Origin: a virus
IMG/VR virus record: IMGVR_UViG_3300036715_002570
Coordinates: 32,001 to 96,000 of that record
DNA length: 64,000 bases
Reading direction: 5' to 3' (one strand)
The position numbers and the translations under genes are program-made. The stretch's first letter is position 1. Every line of letters begins with the position of its first letter. The notes beneath the pieces are model-generated. The model made no database searches. It saw nothing but the letters and a program-made list of their open reading frames with translations, and was not told the DNA's origin. This document shows positions 9,920 to 19,150 of the stretch, piece by piece.

Positions 9920-10384
9920 TGTTCGACGAACCAACTGTGGCACCGATCCTCGAGTTCTCAGGCGAGCACCACTTTCTGTCAAACTTCCACGAGGGTGATC
10001 CGTTCGTTTGGAACGGCGATCTCTGGCTGACATCGGAGCATGCGTACCAGGCTGCGAAGTGTGCTCGTGAATACCAGTACCACTTGATTCGTAACCTGGC
10101 TCGTCCAAACCAAGCGAAGCGCGCAGGTAAGCATGTTGAGCTGCGTAGCGACTGGGAGCAGGTCAAAGATGGCATCATGCTCAGCATCGTTCGTGCAAAG
10201 TTCAATTCGCATCAACACCTTGCCCGCCTGTTGCTAGCAACAGGTGATGCCCATCTCGAAGAGGGGAATTGGTGGAAGGATCGGTACTGGGGTGTTTTGC
10301 CCCGTTGGAGGGTCGGGACAAAATAAGTTGGGGAAAATTCTAATGATCGTTCGAGACGAACTGACCTTTAGGAGCGAGCAGTGA
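9916..10384 (+). CDS. NADAR (YbiA-like) family protein; +1 frameshift in a T4 run near 10295
   Basis: FLSNF, SEHAYQAAK, LRSDWE.VK, LLLATGDA.LEE; removing one T restores WGVCP...GQNKLGKILM.VRDEL. Confidence 0.85.
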
Positions 10385-10627
10385 CTGAATACAAAGTGAT
10401 TGAAGAACGATTCAAGCCAGACTTCGAACTGGCTGTTAACCTTTTTCTACGCGATGGCTGGAAACTCGTTGGTGTCGCAATGAATGATGGCTACTACATC
10501 CAGACAATGACGCGCGCGGCAAACTGGGACTACCGAGGTGAATGTTCAGCTCACCTTGCATTGCGTCCAAAGTGATGGGCAAGTTCTACGCCGGTCTTAA
10601 AGCATAAATACCCGCATAGGAGACTTT

Positions 10628-11203
10628 ATGCCAAAGACCAGAACAGCTACGCCTCGTGAATTTGAAATTCGTACAGAAAATCGGTATACGTTGCATCCCC
10701 TCGATAAGAAGCGATGCACTGTGTGTGAAATTGTGTACGATGGGATCGTTGACCATTTTGACATCCACCACCTCAAACTTGACGGTACATATTCATATGC
10801 AGGACAATGTAAGCAATGTCTAGCAGCCATTCGTGCTGATCGGACGATGACATATAAGTCTGACATATCTCTGTACGTCAAGCGACTACTCCCAGCAGTT
10901 CGGTGTCGAGCAAAAGAAGTTGGCGTTGAGTTCAATCTCACACCCAACGCTCTGATCGAACAGTGGAATCGACAGCATGGCCTGTGCTATTACACTCACA
11001 TACCCATGGACTTACAAGCCACCAGCGCGTCGGGAAAAGCCCCTCACCATGACTTTCCATCGTTAGATCGTAAGACCCCCAAAGACGGTTACACGGTGAA
11101 TAACGTAGTATGGACTACCTTCGCGGTGAACAGAATGAAAAATGATCTAACAGACAATTTGTTTGTTGAACTGTGTCGCAAGGTACTAACTTATCATGGC
11201 TAA
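10628..11203 (+). CDS. HNH-like free-standing endonuclease
   Basis: CxxC pairs, Q.GLCYYT, PSLDRK....GYT.NNVVW...VN.MK; own late promoter. Confidence 0.8.
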   Translation: MPKTRTATPREFEIRTENRYTLHPLDKKRCTVCEIVYDGIVDHFDIHHLKLDGTYSYAGQCKQCLAAIRADRTMTYKSDISLYVKRLLPAVRCRAKEVGVEFNLTPNALIEQWNRQHGLCYYTHIPMDLQATSASGKAPHHDFPSLDRKTPKDGYTVNNVVWTTFAVNRMKNDLTDNLFVELCRKVLTYHG

Positions 11204-11726
11204 ATATTTCGCCGGAATTGGTTCAAGGGAGACACCTGATGACGTGCTGGAGCAAATGCGTGAGCTGGCAAAGTTGGCTGCGCGTCTCAACTGGTCTCTG
11301 CGTTCTGGAGCAGCTCCAGGCGCTGATACAGCGTTCGAACAGGGTTGTGATCTGGCTGGGGGATTGAAAGAAATCATGTTGCCGTGGAAAGGGTTTAACG
11401 GCAGCACCTCTCCTTATGCAAAGCACAATGAAGCAGCCTTCCAAGTTGCATCCGTTATCCACCCCGCATGGTCTTTCCTGAAACCCGCAGCAAAGCAATT
11501 GGCCGCGCGCAATATGCAACAGATTATGGGGGAAGACATGAATAACCCTGTAAAATGTGTAATTTGCTGGACTAGAGATGGTGCTCGAACGCATCGCGAG
11601 TACAGTCACAAAACAGGTGGAACTGGAACAGCCATTGCCCTCGCGTCTCTGTTTGATATTCCCGTGTTTAATTTGAAGCGCCCGTTGGATCATGACATGG
11701 CTGTTGAGTTCCTTCAATCAGTATAA
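11196..11726 (+). CDS. SLOG / DprA-like nucleotide-binding protein
   Basis: FAGIGSRETP, LRSGAAPGADTAFE, GGTGTAI motifs. Confidence 0.8.
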   Translation: MAKYFAGIGSRETPDDVLEQMRELAKLAARLNWSLRSGAAPGADTAFEQGCDLAGGLKEIMLPWKGFNGSTSPYAKHNEAAFQVASVIHPAWSFLKPAAKQLAARNMQQIMGEDMNNPVKCVICWTRDGARTHREYSHKTGGTGTAIALASLFDIPVFNLKRPLDHDMAVEFLQSV

Positions 11727-12430
11727 CGCCACGCCATTCCGTTGAGGGTATGTGAATAGCGATAGCCCTTACAGCATGCAACAATGTTGGCGGCACTTAT
11801 GTCATACGCCAGAGCGGCCGCTTTGATTGACGGAAACGTAGCAACTACAACATTGTCCTGTAGGCACTCCACACGCTTCCGACGGAGAGCATGCCTACTT
11901 TCTGTGATTGGCTGCAGTGGTTCCCCCGAATATGCCCAACGAAATCCGTATGCTTGGTTGGTCCGGCCCTTGCAACATTGTAGAATGCTCGCGATTCTGA
12001 CAGATAGAGCGGCAGCTGCTTGAGAGGCTGACGGGAACGTCTGCACCAAATCCCCATCCATGGTATATTGGATCACTTCCTTAGTCTGTCGCTTAGCATT
12101 ACCCGTTCTTCGATCTGAACTGCATCCGTAAACATTTGTTAGAATTCCTGTCCCGGTTACCAGCAGGCCGTACTTGGTAATCAATGCATCTTCCATGACA
12201 TATGCGGTGTGTTCATCCAAGTGCTCTTGCACCTTAATAATTTTGACCTCGTACCCCTGAGACCAAATTGAGTTAATACGTTCACATTTAATTGCATTAG
12301 TCCAAGTTGTTTTGGGCCGCTTGGCCTCTGCTAAATGCGACCTGTCACGATAACCTACACCCTTACCTACATAGAACGGGTGATCATTCCTGGGATCAAT
12401 TAGTTCGTAAACGTAATAGTTGCCGGTCAT
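11714..12430 (-). CDS. GIY-YIG homing endonuclease with NUMOD1 repeats
   Basis: YVYELIDP...FYVGKG; two V.QY...F.S...AA...I..CCKG repeats; own late promoter. Confidence 0.88.
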   Translation of the reverse strand: MTGNYYVYELIDPRNDHPFYVGKGVGYRDRSHLAEAKRPKTTWTNAIKCERINSIWSQGYEVKIIKVQEHLDEHTAYVMEDALITKYGLLVTGTGILTNVYGCSSDRRTGNAKRQTKEVIQYTMDGDLVQTFPSASQAAAALSVRIASILQCCKGRTNQAYGFRWAYSGEPLQPITESRHALRRKRVECLQDNVVVATFPSIKAAALAYDISAANIVACCKGYRYSHTLNGMAWRYTD

Positions 12431-12463
12431 CCTGAACTCCCCTATCATCTTATTTATGATAGT

Positions 12464-12619
12464 ACACGCGACGGATGTGAGAGCATTAAGACTTACAACC
12501 GGAAAACTGGGGGTACGGGAACTGCTATTGCATTTGCTTCATCTCAAGATATACCAATTTTTAACCTGAACAATCCGTTCCGCTACGAATATGCGATCGA
12601 TTTTCTTCAAACCAACTAA
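12464..12619 (+). pseudogene. displaced 3' end of the SLOG gene
   Basis: Translates TRDGCESIKTYNRKTGGTGTAIAFASSQDIPIFNL...IDFLQTN*, homologous to the last ~51 aa of 11196-11726. Confidence 0.85.
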
Positions 12620-12905
12620 GGACTACTCATGTTGTTTGGAATTCTGTTTTTCGCCGCCCTGCCTGCAGGGATTCTCAAGCGTGATGTGTACGGCAATCGT
12701 CGGTTAGGTTCACATTACCTGTGCTCACTTTGCGGCACCGCAGAGCAGAAGCATGGGGCACACTTTGTGTCCAAAATTTCACCCCAGTACTGTAAAGGGT
12801 GCGTTGACATCGTCAATACGACGAACGAAACCCACCACGACCGGTATCAATTCTTCCTTCAATACATGGAAGGAACGAACCAACAAGTAACTTCAAGGAT
12901 TACGA

Positions 12906-13415
12906 ATGGTCGATGACATCTTAGAGAAATTACGCCAATGTGCCGATACTGCAGCAGCCGTACCTGTTGTTCCTCAGAAAACTGAACAAGAACTCGCCCT
13001 TGACGTTGTTGCTGCTTGTCCGTCAAAGTGCTATCTTGGTGGGTCGCGACGTATGGCAGAGCGGGCTCCATTTCGGATCACTGTGACTGATAGCACAGAC
13101 TATGACTACTACGTCACACATTCTGCATCCGTTCTGAGCTATTTCCTTGCGAACGGCTTCGATTACGCGCCCTCATCGAGAGGCGGGTATTATCTCGACG
13201 ACGAGGCTGTTGACATTGTTCAGCGTGGCCCCGTTCAAGTAGTACTACGCCATGACGCAGAGTTCTACTACGACGTTTTCGAAACGATCGACTCTAGATT
13301 CTACTACGAGATGTTGTGGAAATCGTCGCCCGTAGTGACGACTGACATGCGCAAGAACATTCAACCAATTTTCAACGCTTTATTCCAAGCCGCACATTCA
13401 AGAGAGGACAGCTGA
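12906..13415 (+). CDS. nucleotidyltransferase-like protein
   Basis: YLGGSR...STDYDYY resembles the pol-beta GS/DxD motif. Confidence 0.55.
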   Translation: MVDDILEKLRQCADTAAAVPVVPQKTEQELALDVVAACPSKCYLGGSRRMAERAPFRITVTDSTDYDYYVTHSASVLSYFLANGFDYAPSSRGGYYLDDEAVDIVQRGPVQVVLRHDAEFYYDVFETIDSRFYYEMLWKSSPVVTTDMRKNIQPIFNALFQAAHSREDS

Positions 13416-13705
13416 TGCCATATATCCGTCAAGAAAAGCGAGAAGCACTCGACCCCGTGATTACCGAAACTCTCCAGGCCCTCCGCGGCCTGGAGAGTGA
13501 CGACCCCACCAACGACATGGGTGGCAATCTGAATTACCTGTTCTCGTGCTTGCTTGATGCTTGCTACGGTAAGAAGTATAGCGAAATGGCTCAGGCTGTA
13601 TCCGTCCTCGAGATGGCCAAGCTTGAGTATTATCGCAGGCGCGCTGCTCCGTACGAAGACAATAAAGCATACCAGAATGGTGAGGTGTACGAACCTTTAC
13701 TGTAA
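13415..13705 (+). CDS. conserved phage protein (DUF6899-like)
   Basis: MPYI...G.LNY...LE.AKLEYYRR.AAPYED.K...NG.VY. Confidence 0.65.
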   Translation: MPYIRQEKREALDPVITETLQALRGLESDDPTNDMGGNLNYLFSCLLDACYGKKYSEMAQAVSVLEMAKLEYYRRRAAPYEDNKAYQNGEVYEPLL

Positions 13706-14225
13706 CCTATAGGGAACCTCCAAAATTGAGTGCATACATACAGCACTGATTTGGAGGTTCCCATGCTCACAGAAGTGTCGCCAACGTTTTGGGCTGTACG
13801 TGTAAACGGCCGCATTGTTGCTTCAAACCTGCCTTCGCAGCGTCTTGCAGAACATACGATCCTGTCCCTCCCGCCTGAGCAACAGCGTGTTGCTGAAGTC
13901 GTCCCCATGACGAGCAGCGGTCAGCAGATTTTGCTTGGATAATCTGGCTGTTTTGGGTAGCCCCTCGTAAATACGGTCAGCTTGTTTTGACCCTATATGA
14001 GGCCCCATGAACACCACATCCCTGTACGAACTGCTAGAGCGGGTTGACGACTTTATTGCCGCTCTAGAGCAGGACGAAAATCGATTCTATGTAGCGATCG
14101 ATTTGGCTCATCAGCTGCGTGATGAGTTATCCCAGACTATCGAATTGGCTGAGTAATGTTGATTTCGCAGGCTCTGGTTGCGTCTTCAATAAATACCTCC
14201 CACAACCTCCTGCAGGATAACAAAC

Positions 14226-14420
14226 ATGAGTGACAACACAACTGATTACGAGCCAATGGCTCTTCTCAAGGAAATGCTTCAGCTCGACGAAGCAAAGAAA
14301 AAGGTGCCCCTCAAGAAGGCCGCAAAGTCCGTGTATCACCGTGACTACATGAAGACTCGCAACAAGCCATACCGTAAGTACAGTCCAGAAGACGAAGAAT
14401 TGTCTTCTGACAAGGAGTAA
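14226..14420 (+). CDS. small basic late protein
   Basis: Late promoter AATAAATA upstream, AGGA RBS. Confidence 0.6.
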   Translation: MSDNTTDYEPMALLKEMLQLDEAKKKVPLKKAAKSVYHRDYMKTRNKPYRKYSPEDEELSSDKE

Positions 14421-14422
14421 AC

Positions 14423-15247
14423 ATGGGGCTGAAAACTGTTCGTTGTGAGACGGTAACGGAAGGTCCAATGGACTTCCTACGAGGCGCCGCAGGCGCCGCT
14501 GGTCAGAAGGTTGCCACAGGCGCCCGTAATGTTGGTGCTGCAGTTGCTAACACAGCACGTGATATTCACGCCGCCGGCCAACAAGCGTCTCTTCAGGGTG
14601 ATCTTCAAGCAGCCCTGGTTGATCTCGCAAAGACTCTGTTTGTGCTCGATAAGCTGAAGACAAATGCTGCCGGTGCAAATGCTGGCGAACAACATCAACA
14701 AGCTGAAGAGCCGCCACAGCAGCAGCAACAACAAGCTGAAGATCCCACCTTGGCTAATAATCCATTCCGCACACCAAAGAATGTGCCAACACAACAAAAA
14801 CCGCGCGCCAGCACAGTCAACCGCAGTGGTGCATATCCCGGGTACGGCCCTCAACTGCAATTCAGTAGCTACCTGCAAGCAACACACGGCGAGCGCATTG
14901 ACGAAGGTGTGTGGGATTTCGTGAAGGGTGCTGGTTCCTATGTTGGTTCACGAATCAAGGACAAAATTAACCGGTACGCTGGTACAACGGGCGAAGTCCT
15001 AAATGACGTGATCAAGGCGGGACGGCAAGCCTCTGCTGAAGGTGACCAACGTAAGTTGGGTGAACAACTGCAGCAGACACAGGCCGCTGCTCAGCAGAAG
15101 GTTAAGAGCGTCCTGGGCATGGTTGAAAAACTTGGTCCCAATGGTGCAGCAATGTTGAAGGCGGCGGTGGCAAAGATTGACCCACGCATGCAGCGTCGCT
15201 TGGCATACGTGCAGCCCCTACAGAAGATGTTGCAACCTCAGCAATAA
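14423..15247 (+). CDS. probable virion protein, Q/A-rich
   Basis: Repeated EG..DF.KGA motif; late operon. Confidence 0.55.
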   Translation: MGLKTVRCETVTEGPMDFLRGAAGAAGQKVATGARNVGAAVANTARDIHAAGQQASLQGDLQAALVDLAKTLFVLDKLKTNAAGANAGEQHQQAEEPPQQQQQQAEDPTLANNPFRTPKNVPTQQKPRASTVNRSGAYPGYGPQLQFSSYLQATHGERIDEGVWDFVKGAGSYVGSRIKDKINRYAGTTGEVLNDVIKAGRQASAEGDQRKLGEQLQQTQAAAQQKVKSVLGMVEKLGPNGAAMLKAAVAKIDPRMQRRLAYVQPLQKMLQPQQ

Positions 15248-15309
15248 TCGTTTTTGGGGTTACCCTCATGACATAGTAAGCTCCAGCTAATCACTGGAGC
15301 TTACTTTTT

Positions 15310-15702
15310 ATGGTCCCCCACAATCCAAATATGAACGTCAAACTTTGGGTTGACGATCTTCGCATTCCGCCTGATGATACATTTGACGTTGCTCGTACGT
15401 TTAACGATGCGATTCAAGCGTTGATGGCCGTCGAGTACGAGGAAATCTACCTCGATCACGACCTCAGTTCTTGGGATGATGTGGGCCGCGAACGGACAGG
15501 AGCACACATTGTCGATTGGTTGGCAGAACAATCGATGACCGTCCCTGGATTTGCAGCACCGAAGCGGTTTTACATCTTGTCCGACAATGGTCCAGGTATC
15601 CGCACGATGCGGTTGACGATTGAGCGGTACTTCGGTCCCGTGCAGCCGTGGATCAAACCGAGCAATTTGAAGTCAATCGCTGACGTGGAGCATTCGAGAT
15701 GA
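15310..15702 (+). CDS. cyclic-phosphate-processing receiver domain protein
   Basis: KLWVDDLR.P, LDHDL, TG..IV.WL, S.N..G...M. Confidence 0.75.
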   Translation: MVPHNPNMNVKLWVDDLRIPPDDTFDVARTFNDAIQALMAVEYEEIYLDHDLSSWDDVGRERTGAHIVDWLAEQSMTVPGFAAPKRFYILSDNGPGIRTMRLTIERYFGPVQPWIKPSNLKSIADVEHSR

Positions 15703-15897
15703 GAACATTCAAAATTACGGTCAAAGCTCGCCGCGCCAAGATCGAATTTGCGCCCGGTATGGGCGTTGGAACTCTGGTGTCCCGGGAGATCAGCTCCCCG
15801 ACAACGCACGTGAGGTTGAGATGGGACTGATGGTTGACAATCTGTGTCAAGAGCTGATTCGAGATGCAATCGAAGTCACGACCGAGGAGGTCACGAA

Positions 15898-16995
15898 ATG
15901 AAGAAGTACCTCGTAGGTGGTGCGGTTCGTGACCTGCTGCTCGGGATCAAGCCGAAGGATCGCGACTGGGTGGTAGTAGGATCCTCTCCTGAGGAGATGC
16001 TCGCACTTGGATACCAGCAGGTAGGAGCATCTTTCCCCGTCTTCATTAAGGATGGTGAAGAATATGCACTGGCGCGTACCGAACGAAAGACGGGCGTTGG
16101 ATACAACGGGTTCGATGTCACGTTCGATCCTTCTGTCACATTGGAGGAGGACCTGATCCGCCGCGACCTGACGATCAACGCGATGGCGCTCGACATCGAT
16201 ACGTACCAACTGATCGATCCGCACGGCGGTCGCAGGGACTTACACAACGGAATCCTTCGCCATACCAGCCTCGCGTTCGCGGAAGATCCCGTCCGTGTTC
16301 TCCGCACAGCTCGGTTCGCTGCTCGGTACCAGTTCTCCGTGGATCCGACAACGATCCGTCTGATGTCCGACGTTGCACATGAACTTGTGCACGTGCCCCA
16401 AGAGCGGATCTGGGCGGAGTTCAAGAAGGGCCTGACGGAAGATACACCTCATCTGATGATGGACGTTCTCAGCCGCTGTGGCGCGTTGTCAACACCTGCG
16501 CTCGAGATCTACAGCCACGCCAATTTGGACATGATCCGGAATCTGTCCCCAACCCATCCAATGCACGTTCGCCTTGGCGCTGTGTTCCGGAACACAGTGG
16601 GTGACGTCAATGCGTGGTCGAAAAAGCTGAACAATGCGAAGATCCCTGCTGCATTGATCAAGATTCTCGTCACGTACCTGCGTGAGTATGACATCCTGTA
16701 CAACTACTGTCTGCAAGATGCGGATACACGCGTTCGGTTGCTTGACCGCCTTCGTGCGTTCTCGGATCCGAACCTGTTGTCACACGTGATGGATTGCATG
16801 ATCAACAACGATCTGATGTACTTCTACGTGTATCGCCCAATCCCGTCGTATCTGACCGGTCAGAAGGCGGCAGCTTTTCGTGATCTCGATACGATTCAAG
16901 CGAACGTTGACAGCGTTGCAATCGCTGCGTCAGTCGATACCAAGTCGATCAAGCAGGCGATTCATGATGCACGCGTTGCGGCATTGAGCAAGTAG
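15898..16995 (+). CDS. cca: tRNA nucleotidyltransferase (CCA-adding enzyme)
   Basis: [12 protein letters not shown]...[47 protein letters not shown]. Confidence 0.95.
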   Translation: MKKYLVGGAVRDLLLGIKPKDRDWVVVGSSPEEMLALGYQQVGASFPVFIKDGEEYALARTERKTGVGYNGFDVTFDPSVTLEEDLIRRDLTINAMALDIDTYQLIDPHGGRRDLHNGILRHTSLAFAEDPVRVLRTARFAARYQFSVDPTTIRLMSDVAHELVHVPQERIWAEFKKGLTEDTPHLMMDVLSRCGALSTPALEIYSHANLDMIRNLSPTHPMHVRLGAVFRNTVGDVNAWSKKLNNAKIPAALIKILVTYLREYDILYNYCLQDADTRVRLLDRLRAFSDPNLLSHVMDCMINNDLMYFYVYRPIPSYLTGQKAAAFRDLDTIQANVDSVAIAASVDTKSIKQAIHDARVAALSK

Positions 16996-17012
16996 CCGGC
17001 TTAGTGATCGTC

Positions 17013-17047
17013 AAGAGGGTGGTTGGGCAATGCCCAACCACCCTCTT
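17013..17047. terminator. long inverted-repeat terminator
   Basis: AAGAGGGTGGTTGGGC-AAT-GCCCAACCACCCTCTT. Confidence 0.6.
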
Positions 17048-17117
17048 CGTTTCGCCTCGTACATAAATACGTGCTTAACGTATTGGGTTGAGCCGCTGGC
17101 TCCCCTTGAGGAACAAA

Positions 17118-17468
17118 ATGATCACTCCAGCCCAGCACAACTTCATCATCTATCAAGGCTCCACGCTACGTAAGCCATTTGTGTGGCAGGCAAACAACGT
17201 GCCTGTTGACATCACGGGATACACTGGCCGTTGTCAATTCCGCCCAACGCTGGACTCTGACATTGTTGCCCTCAATCTAACGACACTAAACGGTGGCGTG
17301 TTGATTGATGGTCCAACGGGCACGATCACCCTGTACGCGAGTGACGCCCAGACAGCAGCGCTGACGCTGGACAAGTATGTGTATGATCTTGAAATTGTGG
17401 ACACTGTTGGTGATGTCAGCCGTCTAGTGTTTGGTACCGTGACTCTCAGTAAGGAGATCACGCGGTGA
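17118..17468 (+). CDS. virion/tail accessory protein
   Basis: I.QG.T...F.W...PVDITGY...YVYDLEI pattern; late promoter. Confidence 0.6.
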   Translation: MITPAQHNFIIYQGSTLRKPFVWQANNVPVDITGYTGRCQFRPTLDSDIVALNLTTLNGGVLIDGPTGTITLYASDAQTAALTLDKYVYDLEIVDTVGDVSRLVFGTVTLSKEITR

Positions 17469-17995
17469 GCACTCCAGTCCTAGTCACTCCCGCACCGTCA
17501 ACGACGGTAGTGGTTGGCACTAATGATACGGTGATTCTGCAGACAACTGAGACGCCTGTATCACTGATTGTCAACCCTGAAGTGACATACACAATCGTGA
17601 CAGCTGCCGAGCAAGGCCCGCGTGGTACTGACGGCGTGAGTCCGGGAGCAATAATCTACCCAGCGGCGACGACTTTGTCTGGCCATATGTTTGTGTATGT
17701 TAACACAAGCGGCCAAGTAGATGTCGCTGACGCTACGGTTATTGCTTCTGCGGCATCCGTTGTAGGAATCACGACAGGTGCCGTAGTTGCAGGGGCGCCC
17801 GTCATTCCTCAGTCTTCTGGTGTGATTGTGTTTAACGGCTGGTCATTTACGCCAGGCGCTAATATAGTGCTGGGTACTAATGGCCAGCCTGTACAAACGC
17901 CCGTGCCTGGATCAGCCTTCACTCTCAGCGTTGGGACAGCTTTGTCGGCGACGAAGTTGCTCATTAGTATCCGTTCGCCGATCATAAATACCTAA
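17465..17995 (+). CDS. virion/tail-fibre-associated protein
   Basis: QGPRG collagen-like stub, beta-rich. Confidence 0.55.
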   Translation: MSTPVLVTPAPSTTVVVGTNDTVILQTTETPVSLIVNPEVTYTIVTAAEQGPRGTDGVSPGAIIYPAATTLSGHMFVYVNTSGQVDVADATVIASAASVVGITTGAVVAGAPVIPQSSGVIVFNGWSFTPGANIVLGTNGQPVQTPVPGSAFTLSVGTALSATKLLISIRSPIINT

Positions 17996-18016
17996 CACGC
18001 CTACAAGGACGACACC

Positions 18017-18619
18017 ATGGGAACCACCTCCACAACGAAGTACATCAAGCAGGTTGCTGGTGTATTGACAGAAGAAGCAGCACTAACAACCAGCGCCGGC
18101 GCTGGTGACGCACAAAAGATTCCAGCTCTGAACGCTTCCGGTGTGCTGGATCCGTCAATCGTTAACGCAACGACCGCAAGCGCTGGTGTAGGTTCGTCGG
18201 GGCAGGTTGCTGCTCTTGATAGTTCTGGCCGCCTTGACATAACGATGATGCCGGTAGGCGTTGTTGCAGAAACAGCGTTGATCACTGCAAGTGAGGCACT
18301 TGCATCAGGTGACTACGTCAACGTGTGGAACAGCTCTGGTGCAAAGGTTCGTAAAGCAGACGCCACGGTTGCTGGCAAGGAAGCAATGGGTTTCGTTCTT
18401 GCATCGGTTGGTAGCGGTTCTCCAGCAACTGTATACTTTGAAGGTACCAACACGGCTGTTTCTGGCCAGACAGCTGGCAATGTGTTCCTGTCAACAACGC
18501 CGGGCCAAGGCACATCAACACCTCCGTCTGGCTCTGGTAACGTTGTTCAACCAATTGGTTTTGCTGTCAGCGCAACAGCCGTCAACTTTAACGCATCCCG
18601 TCCTGTAACGCTGGCCTAA
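18017..18619 (+). CDS. virion structural protein
   Basis: A/S/G/T-rich, late promoter 17983. Confidence 0.6.
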   Translation: MGTTSTTKYIKQVAGVLTEEAALTTSAGAGDAQKIPALNASGVLDPSIVNATTASAGVGSSGQVAALDSSGRLDITMMPVGVVAETALITASEALASGDYVNVWNSSGAKVRKADATVAGKEAMGFVLASVGSGSPATVYFEGTNTAVSGQTAGNVFLSTTPGQGTSTPPSGSGNVVQPIGFAVSATAVNFNASRPVTLA

Positions 18620-18620
18620 C

Positions 18621-18821
18621 ATGACAACAGCTAAGCCGATCATCGTTGTCAATGGACAACTGCAGGAAATGTCGCCAACGATCCAGATTGATCCTATCAA
18701 TCTGGGTGCCGGCACACCTGACGGCACGAAGTTCTTGCGCGATGATGGTACGTTTGTCACGCCAACGGTGGTTGCGCTACCACCTAGTATTGCACGCACA
18801 TTCATGATGATGGGGGCCTAA
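18621..18821 (+). CDS. small virion protein
   Basis: LG.GT.DGT.FLRDDG tail-fibre motif. Confidence 0.55.
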   Translation: MTTAKPIIVVNGQLQEMSPTIQIDPINLGAGTPDGTKFLRDDGTFVTPTVVALPPSIARTFMMMGA

Positions 18822-19150
18822 TGGCTGACGCATTCAAAATTCTAGGCCAAGCAATCCCCGCCGCTACGACGCTGACGGACGTGTATACCGTCACTACTGG
18901 CGCAATGGCAACCGTGTCCACGGTTACGTTCTGTAATCAATCAGCAAACGCAACAACAGTACGCATGGCTGTAGCTGTTGCGGGAGCAGCAAACACACCT
19001 GCACAGTATGTCGTAATGGACGCCTCCGTTCGTGGCAACGACACTCTAACACTAACGATCGGGATGACTCTCGGATCAACTGACGTTCTGCGTGGTTATA
19101 GCGCTAACGGACAAGTGTCAATCAACGTTTTTGGTGTTGAGGTACAATAA
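18821..19150 (+). CDS. virion protein
   Basis: KILGQ..PAATTLT.VYTV...SINVFGVE family pattern. Confidence 0.6.
   Translation: MADAFKILGQAIPAATTLTDVYTVTTGAMATVSTVTFCNQSANATTVRMAVAVAGAANTPAQYVVMDASVRGNDTLTLTIGMTLGSTDVLRGYSANGQVSINVFGVEVQ

Noticed and set aside
10290-10300. Programmed frameshift in NADAR
   Set aside because: One extra T in a run, no stimulatory signal seen; likely error or recent mutation
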